From contig OZ219753.1 of assembly GCA_964291315.2 (NCBI GenBank), forward strand, positions 3,040,001-3,104,000: a stretch of DNA of 64,000 bases, written 5' to 3'. The position numbers and the translations under genes were made by a program. Numbering within the stretch: position 1 is the stretch's first letter; each line of letters begins with the position of its first letter. The notes below the pieces were generated by a model, which made no database searches, was not told where the DNA came from, and saw only the letters and a program-made list of their open reading frames with translations. This DNA is from Candidatus Poribacteria bacterium (GTDB lineage Bacteria; Poribacteria; WGA-4E; WGA-3G). Shown here piece by piece: positions 49,214-59,824 of this stretch.

Positions 49214-49720
49214 TTAGGGCAGGCTGCCGGTCTCATTGCCGTGTCTATCGAGGGTTCTCAAGATGCCGTTGCTCTCCGCAGAAGCTCGCCATTGCCCGAC
49301 TTCTTGACCCGTTTTGTTTACGATAGACACACTGCCGCCATGTTCGTCGGTAGAGAGCCGCGCCTCGCTTTTGCCGTCTCCTTTTACGGAAAACCGTGCA
49401 CCTGTTTCATCCACAGTTAACGCTGCGTCGCCATCTCCGCCTGAAACCCAAAACGTCCCGCCATGTTTATCAGAAGACACGGATGCCATGCCGCCTTTTC
49501 CAAAAATGTTGAGAATTCCGCCACCGCCCGTTTGGGGAGCTAAGGTGATGACGGGGTGCCCCGTCTCATCGATGATCTGAAGATGCCCACACCGTATCCA
49601 ATCCTGAATAGGGGGCTGGGCATCCACCCGCGGGGCTTGAAAAGGCGTAAAGAGGCTGCCGAGCAAAAATACGATCCCCCCTAAAACGAAAAACGCGACA
49701 TCTCTGTTTTGGAGTTTCAT
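49214..49720 (-). CDS. Secreted Gly-rich beta-strand repeat protein
   Basis: GGAGG RBS, signal peptide, repeated L.xDxxGG...units. Confidence 0.7.
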   Translation of the reverse strand: MKLQNRDVAFFVLGGIVFLLGSLFTPFQAPRVDAQPPIQDWIRCGHLQIIDETGHPVITLAPQTGGGGILNIFGKGGMASVSSDKHGGTFWVSGGDGDAALTVDETGARFSVKGDGKSEARLSTDEHGGSVSIVNKTGQEVGQWRASAESNGILRTLDRHGNETGSLP

Positions 49721-49742
49721 GAGAACCCCTCCTTGTTGTAAG

Positions 49743-50552
49743 TTATTCATATTTGAATTCGAGGAATGTGTAGGGATCAATCCCCGCTTCTTCGTACGGG
49801 ATGACAGTGATGCCGGGGGGATCCTCGCCTCTGTCTAAATACATTTTAGCTGTGGCACCAGCGGCACCTGAAACCCCGGACACATACGGGGTAAACGTGC
49901 CGTCTAGTTCTTGCATATAAGCCCACTGGACGTAAGCAACGCCTGGAATGCTCGGATAGATGAGTTTCGTCCGATCATCATAGGATGCCCCCACCGTTTC
50001 TGTTCCCTGCTCCCAGAGTTTCATGCGGACCCTTATTAAAAGTTCTAGCTTTTTCCCGCCTTCTGGATCATGGGCGGCACGCTCGAGTCTCTCCCACACG
50101 TTTTGATCAGGATAATCTGCGGGGATTTCGGGGAATATTCCGAGCCCGAAAGGCGACAGACGCTGCCGCGGGGGCGGCGCATCAAGAGACGCGACCGTGT
50201 CAACCGCAAACAATTCTGCTGCCTCTTGAGTATCGCTGGGTATCCCCTCATCCGCTGTTTGTGTATCGAAAACAGTGGTTGAAGACATACCGAGCTGTGG
50301 TTCTGATAACGCTTCTGTTTCGGCATCGTTATCGTTTTGCGGAGCGCCCCGATCTGTTTGCACGCCTTGTAAAGAGAGAAGGGCTTGTTCTGTTTTTGCT
50401 AAGTCTTCCTCGCTTTGACGTGTGAGGTAGGCGGAGTAAAGAAGGGAGCCTACGACGCAGACCCCGACAAACAGAACCCCGAAGGTAAGTAATCGGCTTG
50501 ATAAAAAAACACGTGGCACGACGACAAGTGCTGCAAAAATTCTGCGTAACAT
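49743..50552 (-). CDS. Single-TM hypothetical protein
   Basis: TM helix, acidic linker, globular C-domain (SPFGLG.FPEIPADYP...ELLIRVRMKLWEQG). Confidence 0.75.
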   Translation of the reverse strand: MLRRIFAALVVVPRVFLSSRLLTFGVLFVGVCVVGSLLYSAYLTRQSEEDLAKTEQALLSLQGVQTDRGAPQNDNDAETEALSEPQLGMSSTTVFDTQTADEGIPSDTQEAAELFAVDTVASLDAPPPRQRLSPFGLGIFPEIPADYPDQNVWERLERAAHDPEGGKKLELLIRVRMKLWEQGTETVGASYDDRTKLIYPSIPGVAYVQWAYMQELDGTFTPYVSGVSGAAGATAKMYLDRGEDPPGITVIPYEEAGIDPYTFLEFKYE

Positions 50553-50659
50553 AAGTCAATCCTTTCTCGTATTTAGGTGCGGGTATTATCTTTGGCGCTC
50601 CTGAAAACCTATGAGCGGCTGTCCCGTTTCAAAAACGCCACTCTTTGCGTTATTGTCTC

Positions 50660-50688
50660 ATTATACACAAAAACACGTTTTGTGTCAA
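50660..50688 (-). promoter_or_regulatory. Consensus sigma70 promoter
   Basis: TTGACA-17-TATAAT, 108 nt upstream of 50552; homologous to 60510-60538. Confidence 0.7.
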
Positions 50689-50739
50689 TCAAATCTACGG
50701 ATTTCCGTAGCGTTAAGGTGTTGAGTATCCTGAAAAACC

Positions 50740-51234
50740 TTAATCCACGGCTCCAGTATCTGCGGAAGCATCGTCACTGGAATCGGTTTTGTCGTTGTAA
50801 TGCTGCAATACAGGGCCATCCATCGGAACGCCGAGTCTTTCATATCGCTCTTTATCCTTCTTCCACTCTTTCAAGTTCGCTTTTGCGGCATCCGACGGAT
50901 AGAGGTGGGCCTCTGCAGTATAGAGCTCTATTGCCTCATCAATGTTCAGTCCAATGCCGCGCTCAAGTTTTTGCTTAAGCCGGATATAGGTACGGACTTC
51001 CGGGATATCCCCAAATTTCTTTACTAACGGATTGTGCGGACTCGGGTTATCTGGGTCGTCTTTGAATGGATGGAACCCCGGGATAAATTCTTCTTCTTTG
51101 GGCGGTTCCTCTTTATCAGCTACCGGTGTCGTGTTTTGAAGCGACTCATTGGCAGACCTTACACCGCAACCGGAGAACAAAACAATCAAAATAAAAAATC
51201 CGAGTAAAGCGTTCATCGTTTTCATTGCATTCAC
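50740..51234 (-). CDS. Hypothetical lipoprotein (family E)
   Basis: Lipobox LFSGC; FGDIPEV.T...L..KL...L..DE.I..TA..HL.P shared with the upstream gene. Confidence 0.75.
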   Translation of the reverse strand: MNAMKTMNALLGFFILIVLFSGCGVRSANESLQNTTPVADKEEPPKEEEFIPGFHPFKDDPDNPSPHNPLVKKFGDIPEVRTYIRLKQKLERGIGLNIDEAIELYTAEAHLYPSDAAKANLKEWKKDKERYERLGVPMDGPVLQHYNDKTDSSDDASADTGAVD

Positions 51235-51878
51235 CTCACAATTTTCGTGCTGTTTGAAGATTCAGTGGCCCTTTTCTCCAAGAAAATATCAAGCGTTTTT
51301 TTCGTTCTCGGGTCTGGCCACAGATGATATTGGGCAGCCGTATAATCGATGTGTTCATCCAAGGTGAGCGGTTGATTCTTGAGTTTTTTTCGTGTTAACG
51401 CAGTTAATGTGTGAACCTCCGGAATGTCACCAAACCGTTGAATCAAACCGATAATCATCATATCTGCAACTTCATCCGGATCCATATCCTCAACCCGTGT
51501 ACTTTTCTTTGCAAACGGACTAGGAGCGGATTGATCTTCGTGTGCGTCATCGGTCTGCGATGCCGTGCCCGTTTGTGAAATCCCCTCAGTCTCTTCAGCA
51601 GCATCAACTGGCGCGGAATCTTCTTCAGACACTTGTTCTGTGGACGTGGAAACTGCGTTTCCCTCGGCACCGGAGGCAGACTTAATCCGTGCAGTACTTG
51701 ACTTAGACGGTAAGGGTTCTTTATCCGGATGAGAAGGGCTCCGTATATCAACCGTCTCCTCTACAACTGGCGGTTGGGGCAAGGAGTCCACAAATCTTTT
51801 GCTATCTGACTTCATGTAGAAAAACAAGCCGCAAGCAAAGGCCACTGAGAGAATGCTACCGATCAACAGCTTTTTCAT
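51231..51878 (-). CDS. Single-TM hypothetical protein (family E)
   Basis: GAGGAGG RBS, TM helix, DSKRFVDSLPQPP module, FGDIPEV domain. Confidence 0.8.
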   Translation of the reverse strand: MKKLLIGSILSVAFACGLFFYMKSDSKRFVDSLPQPPVVEETVDIRSPSHPDKEPLPSKSSTARIKSASGAEGNAVSTSTEQVSEEDSAPVDAAEETEGISQTGTASQTDDAHEDQSAPSPFAKKSTRVEDMDPDEVADMMIIGLIQRFGDIPEVHTLTALTRKKLKNQPLTLDEHIDYTAAQYHLWPDPRTKKTLDIFLEKRATESSNSTKIVR

Positions 51879-51924
51879 TTTATTCCTCCTCTAGATACGA
51901 GACGAATCTCGCGTTCGTCCCTGC

Positions 51925-51966
51925 TATTTATATATATACACTTCATCCCTAAAAGTTTAGCTTTTT
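51925..51966 (-). promoter_or_regulatory. Repeated promoter-like motif
   Basis: AAAAAGCTAAACTTTTAGGGATGAAGTGTATATATATAAATA, 47 nt upstream of 51878. Confidence 0.6.
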
Positions 51967-52117
51967 TTTCATATCTGTATAACTACAGGGTCGAGGTACA
52001 TGAAGACACTAACAATATTTATCTAATACGCGTCATAGCTGGTGTAAAGCGACATTATAAACTCCGCCCCAAGAAATGTACTATATTTTACGTGGTAATC
52101 CGCTGAGCCCGCTCTCG

Positions 52118-52945
52118 TTATTCGCCGGGCGTGTGCTTTTCCGCATCAGGAGAACCATCAAGCCATTTGAGGAAAATGTGGGGATCGTGAAAAACATAGA
52201 GTATCCTGTCAAAGAGAAAGGGGTCTTCGACGGCGATCCATAAAAGTCCGTCTTCTTCACCATGTTCTTCAAAGCGTATTTTTATCCACCTTATATCTTC
52301 CTCTTGATTCTCTCTAACGACAGAAATGAGGTGCATGAAGATACTGACGATATTTGTCCAATCGAAGGGAGAGAGTTTCTCTTTTTCTTCAACAATCCCT
52401 TTTTGGGCTAACCATTTTATGCCGTCTAGCTTGCTCAGTATAGTGGAGATACCGGGACGCTTATTAACGAAGGAACTCCCGCTGCGTTTTTCAGCTTCCA
52501 TACCCCAGTTCCCAGTTGCGATGAGGTGGATGAAAGCAAGTCCCTCATCTTGTATCTCTTCAGGAGTGGTGTAGAAAAATTGTTCCTGAAAGAATTTGAA
52601 GTAGCGAGCTCTTGGCGGCAAAGCGGTTTTCACGAATTGCTTGTGCGTTTTGAAGGGCGGGAGATCCTTTTCTGATTCCTTGAGATAACCGAAGTATTTG
52701 GGTGGATATGCCTGGGATAAAAACTGGAGATACGTTGGACTTTCAGAGAGTTCGCGCAAGGTTTTGAAGTTTTTATCGAGCAGTTTGCCCGGAAATCGCT
52801 GTTTCAGTGTGTCAAAAGCCGCTTTCTCTTGCGGTGTCGGTGGTTCTTCGGGATGTTTGTACGCTGACGCTGAGGTCAGTAGACAGAATGTCCCAAAAAA
52901 GAGGCAGAAAAGAAATAGGTAGAACGTTTTGTAAAGGCGTGTCAT
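52118..52945 (-). CDS. Secreted hypothetical protein (family A)
   Basis: Signal peptide; paralog of 55545-56417 (LD..FKTL..L...YL.FL.QA.P; WI...FE.HG.EDGLLWIA). Confidence 0.8.
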   Translation of the reverse strand: MTRLYKTFYLFLFCLFFGTFCLLTSASAYKHPEEPPTPQEKAAFDTLKQRFPGKLLDKNFKTLRELSESPTYLQFLSQAYPPKYFGYLKESEKDLPPFKTHKQFVKTALPPRARYFKFFQEQFFYTTPEEIQDEGLAFIHLIATGNWGMEAEKRSGSSFVNKRPGISTILSKLDGIKWLAQKGIVEEKEKLSPFDWTNIVSIFMHLISVVRENQEEDIRWIKIRFEEHGEEDGLLWIAVEDPFLFDRILYVFHDPHIFLKWLDGSPDAEKHTPGE

Positions 52946-53094
52946 GGTGAATCTCCTTGCTGAGCTTCAGATAAGGTGGTTATCATGCGTTGTTTCTGTT
53001 GTGGGCGCGTCTCCGTGGCGTATCCGATAAAAAGAGCAACACTGGCGATGAGGGCAAGACCACAGGCGATCGTTAAGAGATGCGTCGTTTTCAT
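52942..53094 (-). CDS. 50-aa single-TM protein MKTTHLLTIACGLALIASVALFIGYATETRPQQKQRMITTLSEAQQGDSP (not in ORF track)
   Basis: AAGGAG RBS; starts 1 nt after the upstream stop; ATGA overlap with the downstream start. Confidence 0.7.
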   Translation of the reverse strand: MKTTHLLTIACGLALIASVALFIGYATETRPQQKQRMITTLSEAQQGDSP

Positions 53095-53095
53095 G

Positions 53096-54190
53096 TTAAT
53101 CGGTCTCCTTTTTAGAGCTCATGAGTCGTTGAAGGTGTGTCGCTATCTCGGGATCCGATACCTTTAGCCTGCGGAGGCCTTCTTCCCGACCGTAGCGTTT
53201 TAGCGTTTGCATCATCGTGTTGAACCGCTCGGGTGAAAAACGTTCTCGTAGCGTTTGTTGAAACGCCGTATCGGACGGAGCCTCCGGTATATCAGCAAAG
53301 AGGTTCTTCAGGAACTCTGCCTCAAGGGCTTCGGCAGTTTCGGGGCGCGGCTCAATGTCCGCGCGGCTCGGTAGCGTTTCACGGAGATGTTCGTTTTCCG
53401 GTGGAATGTCTACCTTTTCTTTCGTCTGTATTGTCTCTGAAACCGCAGCAGACGGTTCAACATCCGTAAAGCGAGCGGGGTCACGGGTGTCGCGGGACTC
53501 TGTTGTTTCGGCAAGAATGCTCGCAGCGTTCTTCTGGATGTCAGCTGCCCAGTCGTGCTCGCCCACACCGAGAAAATGTGCCAATACCCAACTACTGTGT
53601 CCTGGGGCTTTGCCAAACTCGGACATCACCGCGCTAATTTGTTCCAAAACCGCTTCGGAATCTGTCGGGTCTATCGCAGGGGCTTTCTGAAAGAGTTCTG
53701 CCAAGCGTTTTCGCATCATCGGTTCATAGGAGGCAAGGGAGCCGGTCGGGTAGTGCCGGCGGAAGCTATTTTCGTACATGTCCCGGTGCGATTCAACGCC
53801 TTGTGATTCAAGGTAGTCAAAGTAGAGTTTAAAGCTAAAACCGGGCGTCGCGAGCTGCTTTTTCATATATTCTTCATAAGCGGGGGCTTCCATCGCGCGC
53901 ATCAATTCTTGGACGTAAGGGTCTTCGTCTTGTTCCGTTTCCTCAAAAAATGTATTGAGTGTCTGACGCGTCCGTTCAGCAACTCGTGCTTCAGGGGTCG
54001 GCACAGCGGGGGCCGCTGTTTTTGGACCCTGGGTCATCTCAGGTGTCTCATCCAGAGTTCCTTTCGCCTCTTTGGAAATGGGGTCCGACGTGAGTTGCCT
54101 GTTTTCTGGCTTGAGAAGAAACCACCCGATTGTAGCGATGGCGAAGGCGATTGTCACAGCCACCAGCTGGAATATCAGTTTTTTCTTCAT
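53096..54190 (-). CDS. Single-TM hypothetical protein (family B)
   Basis: Paralog of 54500-55534: LR..F.P.R.NT..Q.L.RYG.EEGLRRL..SDP.IA.HL.RL. Confidence 0.8.
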   Translation of the reverse strand: MKKKLIFQLVAVTIAFAIATIGWFLLKPENRQLTSDPISKEAKGTLDETPEMTQGPKTAAPAVPTPEARVAERTRQTLNTFFEETEQDEDPYVQELMRAMEAPAYEEYMKKQLATPGFSFKLYFDYLESQGVESHRDMYENSFRRHYPTGSLASYEPMMRKRLAELFQKAPAIDPTDSEAVLEQISAVMSEFGKAPGHSSWVLAHFLGVGEHDWAADIQKNAASILAETTESRDTRDPARFTDVEPSAAVSETIQTKEKVDIPPENEHLRETLPSRADIEPRPETAEALEAEFLKNLFADIPEAPSDTAFQQTLRERFSPERFNTMMQTLKRYGREEGLRRLKVSDPEIATHLQRLMSSKKETD

Positions 54191-54212
54191 GGGATGTCTC
54201 CTTGTCTATGAC

Positions 54213-54251
54213 GGCGGGCAAGGGGGATTCACTTGGCTCCCCTTGCCCGCC
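54213..54251. promoter_or_regulatory. 13-bp perfect hairpin in the 5' UTR of 53096-54190
   Basis: GGCGGGCAAGGGG-13 nt-CCCCTTGCCCGCC, about 10 nt upstream of the RBS. Confidence 0.55.
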
Positions 54252-54499
54252 AACAACACGGATAATGTGACCAATTATGATACTATTTGCTGAGTCAAGA
54301 TGTTTTTTTTCAAAACATCCACTATCTATTTACATCTTACAATATCCTTCGATCTGAGTCAAGAAAAAAGAACATAGCCAGGAAAAGGGACAAAAATGTC
54401 AAAAGTTTACGTTAGCACAAAGCACAGTGGGTCAAGGATATCTCCGACTCGATAGCACCAAGGAGAACGGCACAGCCAACGATGAGGGGGATCGTTCTC

Positions 54500-55534
54500 C
54501 TATTTCTTCGGAACCAGACGTTCGAGGTGTTTTGCGATGTCTGGGTCTGATTTCTGAAGTCTACGGAGGCCTTCTTCCGGACCGTAGCGGCCTAAAATCT
54601 GCAGTGCGGTATTGACCCGCTGCGGTGCGAATGCAGTGCGAAGAGATTTTTCAAAGCTGTCTTCTGCCGGTATTGGATCCGGGTGCCCTGTGACAACCGA
54701 GTCGAGCAGCTTTCGGATTTCTGTCTCAACATCAAAGTCTTCGGTAATCAGATCACTGTTTTCGGGCAGCGGTGGTATCGTGTTTGGGACAGCAGGATCC
54801 GATGTTTCTGTAGAGCGTTCCTCGTCGAAACGGACATCCGTCCGTTCGGTTTCTGTGGTGAAAATCGGGGGCGGTGGCTCTCCAACATCCGCTGTTTTTG
54901 CGTCGGGTGCATAATTTATGAGGGTGTCTACCGTCCAGTTTGCGAAAGCGTCCAGGTCGGTTTGGAAATATACGTACCCCCAGGCGTTGTATACCGGATC
55001 CGAGACAAAATCAATCACGACTTCGAAGACATCCATATCCCCTTCTTCCATGTAGTCATGTAATGTTTGGCGCATCTGTGGCAGAACGGATGCCGGGGTC
55101 TCTGTAGGGAAGGCTTCTTGAAAAACGTCTTCATGCACCTTCATGATTGATTTTGAGACATCGGGGGCCCCTTGTGATGCCAGGAACTCGTAGAACTCCA
55201 AGCTTGTATAATGCTCTCTTTCCATAAATGCAGCGAACTCGGGAGAGTCCATAATCTCTAACATTTTTTGTGCTGCGGGAGTTGCGAGTTGTTCTGTTGA
55301 GAAAACGGCATGGACCCCCTGTTTTACCGTTTCTGCTTTACTCAGTTTTTCCGTGCGTTCTTGTGTGCTTTCTGTCCCGCCCGTGGTTGTACCTTCCTGT
55401 TGTGTGGGGACCTGCTTACGGGTTGCCGTGCGGTGCGTGTCTTGTAAGAGCTTGTCTTCGGTGTGTTCCTTCCAGAAAAGGAAACCGGCGAAGGCTGCGA
55501 GAATGATTCCGAGGATCAGCAGATGTTTCCACAT
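54500..55534 (-). CDS. Single-TM hypothetical protein (family B)
   Basis: AGGAG RBS, TM helix, shares central and C-terminal domains with 53096-54190. Confidence 0.8.
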   Translation of the reverse strand: MWKHLLILGIILAAFAGFLFWKEHTEDKLLQDTHRTATRKQVPTQQEGTTTGGTESTQERTEKLSKAETVKQGVHAVFSTEQLATPAAQKMLEIMDSPEFAAFMEREHYTSLEFYEFLASQGAPDVSKSIMKVHEDVFQEAFPTETPASVLPQMRQTLHDYMEEGDMDVFEVVIDFVSDPVYNAWGYVYFQTDLDAFANWTVDTLINYAPDAKTADVGEPPPPIFTTETERTDVRFDEERSTETSDPAVPNTIPPLPENSDLITEDFDVETEIRKLLDSVVTGHPDPIPAEDSFEKSLRTAFAPQRVNTALQILGRYGPEEGLRRLQKSDPDIAKHLERLVPKK

Positions 55535-55544
55535 GAGAGTTCTC

Positions 55545-56417
55545 CTATAACTGGTCTAATGCGGTGAGTTTTTTTACAATGTCCGTTTGCTCAACCCATT
55601 GTAAAAATAGATCCGTCTTCGGGAAGCTTGAGAGAATTTCACCGGTGAGTATCGGTTTTTGAAGGGCTATCCACAACAACCCATCCTCTTGTCCGTGTGC
55701 TTCAAATTGTGCCTGTATCCAAGCAGTGTCTGATTTTCGCGTCTCTGTTGCGAATCTTTCAACTTGCAAGTAGAAGGCGACCCACTTTTCTTCATTTACC
55801 CCTGACAGTCTGTGGTTGATCCAATTGCTGATCGGACCCTTCTTGATGAAAATACTTGTTTTTGCCTTGATGACATCTCGCAGCGCTTTCCGGTCGCGCG
55901 TCTGCTCTGCATGCATCATGAGCATATCAATTTTTAGGTAGAGCCGTGTTAACAGATGGATGCCTTGAACATCTGCATCGTTGACGTTCTCAAAGTGTTG
56001 GTTCAAGAAGTCTCGGTATCTGTCTTCTGGGGGCGAGGCGACCTTCAGAAAATCCGCAAGTGTCTCAAACGGTTTTTCTGTCGGGTGTGCTTGCCTGAGA
56101 AAATCCAGATAGACGCTAGTGTTTGTCAGCGCTTTTAGGGTTTTGAAGTCGTCATCTAAAATCGGATTTTTGAACTTGCCGCGCAGTTGCGTGAAAGTTT
56201 TTTGAAACAGCTTCGCCTCTGCGGTGTCGTTCTGCACGGCGCCCGTTTCGTTTGTGTTTCTGTCAGGCACGATGTTAGAGGCTTGTGCATAAGCCGCATT
56301 TATGTCCATGCCATTCTGGTATCTTGCGAATAGACCTGTGAACGTGAAAAGTAGAAGCAGTCCCGCTGCTGTAGCTGTAAGTGTGCGGAACAAACGGAGG
56401 TTTTTCATAATATTCAT
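55545..56417 (-). CDS. Secreted hypothetical protein (family A)
   Basis: Signal-like N-terminus; paralog of 52118-52945. Confidence 0.8.
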   Translation of the reverse strand: MNIMKNLRLFRTLTATAAGLLLLFTFTGLFARYQNGMDINAAYAQASNIVPDRNTNETGAVQNDTAEAKLFQKTFTQLRGKFKNPILDDDFKTLKALTNTSVYLDFLRQAHPTEKPFETLADFLKVASPPEDRYRDFLNQHFENVNDADVQGIHLLTRLYLKIDMLMMHAEQTRDRKALRDVIKAKTSIFIKKGPISNWINHRLSGVNEEKWVAFYLQVERFATETRKSDTAWIQAQFEAHGQEDGLLWIALQKPILTGEILSSFPKTDLFLQWVEQTDIVKKLTALDQL

Positions 56418-56715
56418 TTTTGAATGTCTCCACTGTTTTGAAGGATTTGCGCCTGTGGCAATCCTGCCGTTGTTATAGCGGGCTGTCTGCTTTTATATCT
56501 GTCTTTATGATACAACAGAAAACCAGCGCTGTTTATCGGTGCTCAACTCATCATCGGCAGTGCTTCGCGAAGGCGGTGTGAGTCACCCATCACTCAAGGT
56601 TGCATACCGATCCATCAAAAAACACTGCGGCATTCCCACCCAGCTCTTTGCACTGCGCTTTCCCCACGGAACCAGGCGGGTGCGAACAGAACCGGATCGG
56701 AAGCGGTGCAACTCT

Positions 56716-57017
56716 GACGAATCTCGCGTTCGTCCCTGCTATTTATATATATACACTTCATCCCTAAAAGTTTAGTTTTTTTTTATTTCTGTATAACTAC
56801 AAGGTCGAGGTCGAGGTACATGAAGACGCTGACGATATCTGTCTAAGCTGAACCGGAGCGTCTCTCTTTTTCTTCCACAATCCCCCTTTGGGCTAACCAT
56901 TTTATGCCGTCTAGCTTGCTCAGTGTAGTGGAGATACTAGGACGCTTATTAACGAAGGAACTCCCGCTGCGTTTCTTACCTAAAAACACCAACATTGGCA
57001 ATGAGGGCAAGGCTACA
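56716..57017. repeat. Deletion-collapsed duplicate of 51901-53064, including the promoter-like motif
   Basis: Three collinear blocks: 56716-56846 matches 51901-52026, 56863-56974 matches 52378-52489, 56990-57017 matches 53037-53064. Confidence 0.85.
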
Positions 57018-57545
57018 AACAACAGTTAATTAACAAAATTGTTGTTAAATCGGAAACACTGTAGGGTATCGCTAGGGCAATTTCCGGCGATCTTCACTAT
57101 ATATATCACCTATAAAGAGAAAAAGTTAATAGTATATCTAGATTTTTTGCTTTTTTTTAATTCAGCCAATTCCGCAATTTAGCTCGAAGTTACGGAGAAA
57201 CGTTAGCATCACAAATGTGAGTTGGTCAATCCTTAGGTATTTCTTTGGTTAATAGATAGAATACCTTTGATATCACAAAGTTATTATATCTTTCCCCACA
57301 GCCGTTCTCTCAGGTGTATTATATCATGCTTCCGTAAAATAGGAGCGGCTTTTTCCGCTATCCGAAAAAATAACAACGCCTGTTGGAAACACTGCCTTTA
57401 TCGTTCCTCTTCCTACATCCTACCGTTCTGAGGTGCTCGGTTATGTAATTTTTCTAAGAGAGATGCCATCGTTTTCAGTGCCGGATACAGTTCAAAATAC
57501 TAAGTCCTCCCGAAAAGGCACCTGAGAGCGACGGCTTTTCCCATT

Positions 57546-59282
57546 TCAACGTCTCGTCTGCATTTCTGTGAACTGTTTCTGAAATAATCCGTGGTAGACC
57601 CCTCGGCGTTGGATCAAATCCGCATGGGTGCCGGTTTCAACAAGTCTGCCCGCACTCAGCATAAGGATCTTATCCGCAGCCAGAATCGTCGAGAGCCGGT
57701 GGGCTATCACAAAGCTGGTTCGTCCTCTCATCAGACGCATCAACGCCTCCTGCACTAACGCCTCCGACTCCGCGTCTAAAGCAGATGTCGCTTCGTCTAA
57801 GATGAGGATCTTTGGATCTCTGATGAGAACACGCGCAATAGCAAGCCTTTGCTGCTCACCGCCAGACAGCTGAACGCCACGCTCACCTACTCGAGTCTCG
57901 TATTGTTCTCGAGACTTCATGATGAAGTCGTGGGCGTTTGCTGACTTCGCCGCAGCGACAACCGCCTCGTGTGACACCGCCTCCGGATCCGCCGCCCCTA
58001 AGCGGATATTGTAGGCGATGCTCTCATTGAACAGATAAGGGGTCTGGAAAACAATACCTATCTGCGAACGAAGCGATTGAACCTGTATCTCATTGATAGG
58101 AACATTGTCTATCAAAATAGTGCCACGCTGGGGCTCATAAAAGCGCGGAATGAGACGGATGAGGGTACTTTTTCCCGCACCGCTGGGACCAACTATCGCG
58201 ACAGTTTCCCCAGGGTCTGCTTGGAAGCGAATCTCTTTCAAAACAGGAGCTGCCGTGTCATACCCAAAAGAGACGTTAGAGAACTCGACGTGTCCTTGGA
58301 TCTGTTTTATAGGGGTTCCTGTTTGAGGTTCTTCTCGGTTTTCATCAAAGAACGCGAAGACCCGCCGGGCTGCAACCAAGACCCCCGGGATACGAAGGTG
58401 AAGACTTATAAGAGAACGCACGGGCTGATATACGCAATCAAACCACATAACGATGGCAAAGAGTTCTCCAACAGTAACCGCCTCGCGCAGCACATAACTG
58501 CCACCGACCAGAAATACCAAAGCACGCCCTATCCAAGACAAGAGTTGCGATACATTCCCGACCTGTTGGAGGGTGACCTGTTTGATACGGGTGGCCACCA
58601 GCTGCTTGAGGAAGTGATGGCGTTTTTTTAAATCGTAGAGCTCTTTTCCCAATCCTTTGAGTTCACTGGAACCAGCAATGCTTTCTTGTAAGCCCCCTGA
58701 TAGCAAAGCGTTTTGCTCTTGAACTGTCTCCCCGATTCGACGGAGCGGTTTTTCTAAAAAAATTGGGAGTAAGACATTTATGAAGGAAATAAACAGCGTG
58801 AACAGACCTAACTGCCAATTCACGGATGTCATCGTGATGAGGGTTATAATCAGTAAGATGATATTGATCGGGTAGTCACCCGCAAACACGCCAAACCCTT
58901 GCAGGGCTTTTGGAATATCCGATGTAAATATCGCCATCACTTTCCCTATAGGATGGGCATCGTAGAATCGGAATCCTAATTTTCGCAGGTGCTGATAGGC
59001 TGCCAATTGGAGGTCCTTCTTGCCATTTTCTGAGACTTTTGTAGGAAAATAGACAAATCCAAGTGTAAGGATATACATACCAAGTGCTATTAATCCCCAG
59101 AGTCCACAAAACGGCAGCAACCTGCTTGGGTTTTGGGCAATAAAAACATCATCGATGAGCATTTTTTCGATCCAGGGATGAACGAGATATCCACTCCAAT
59201 AACCGAGCGCGCAGAGAATATAAAACACCTGGAAATACCAATACGGTTTCAGATAGGCCAACAGCCGCAAAACATATTTCAC
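57546..59282 (-). CDS. ABC exporter permease/ATPase (MsbA/Sav1866-like)
   Basis: TM domain, GPSGAGKST, LSGGEQQR, ILDEATSALD, IAHRLST. Confidence 0.93.
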   Translation of the reverse strand: MKYVLRLLAYLKPYWYFQVFYILCALGYWSGYLVHPWIEKMLIDDVFIAQNPSRLLPFCGLWGLIALGMYILTLGFVYFPTKVSENGKKDLQLAAYQHLRKLGFRFYDAHPIGKVMAIFTSDIPKALQGFGVFAGDYPINIILLIITLITMTSVNWQLGLFTLFISFINVLLPIFLEKPLRRIGETVQEQNALLSGGLQESIAGSSELKGLGKELYDLKKRHHFLKQLVATRIKQVTLQQVGNVSQLLSWIGRALVFLVGGSYVLREAVTVGELFAIVMWFDCVYQPVRSLISLHLRIPGVLVAARRVFAFFDENREEPQTGTPIKQIQGHVEFSNVSFGYDTAAPVLKEIRFQADPGETVAIVGPSGAGKSTLIRLIPRFYEPQRGTILIDNVPINEIQVQSLRSQIGIVFQTPYLFNESIAYNIRLGAADPEAVSHEAVVAAAKSANAHDFIMKSREQYETRVGERGVQLSGGEQQRLAIARVLIRDPKILILDEATSALDAESEALVQEALMRLMRGRTSFVIAHRLSTILAADKILMLSAGRLVETGTHADLIQRRGVYHGLFQKQFTEMQTRR

Positions 59283-59824
59283 ATCATGCCCCTTTCAGAC
59301 TAGAAAATAGGCATTAGAGAACTGAGGCAAAAACGTCCTTAACCAGACTTCAACGGATAAAGCTCAACTTCATATTAACAGAAGCCGAAAAATAGCGTGC
59401 CGGAGCAAAACACCTAATTTGTAACTGCGCAGTTCTTCTTCCGATCAGTTTGGGTTAACAAAGCCTAACTTAGTGAGGATCGGATGCCTTGCCAAATCAT
59501 TATCTTCATTTTCATTGACTAATCCCTGGCGATGAAAATACAAGAAGTTGGCTCCATTTGACTTCAACTGCACGAAATCAGGCACGCTGCGCATCATGGG
59601 TTTCATAAAGCTGTACTTTATCTGCTGAGGCTACCTCTTGAAGTACAACGGATTCATTCTAATTGAGGTAAAGTCATTTGACAACAATTTTTTAGAAGAG
59701 GCAGCAAATATCCGTGTCGACATCAAATTTTGTGGTGGACATTTTATATGTTAAAGCTCCTATTTTGAGCAGTCCGTTCTGCTATCGCCCGCCTGCTCTT
59801 TTTTGAAAAATACGGATCTGACGA

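Noticed and set aside
56600-56700. Cobalamin riboswitch-like words (GGGAA, GTGCAA)
   Set aside because: No B12 box (GCCACTG...GGGAAG) or proper stem order, and the downstream genes are unrelated to B12.
59290-59760. Short minus-strand ORFs upstream of the ABC exporter (MSTTKFDVDTDICCLF; 53-aa MKPMMRSVPDF...) as a RiPP precursor or enzyme remnant
   Set aside because: No recognisable leader or motif and no modifying enzyme nearby; possibly decayed DNA, but this cannot be supported.
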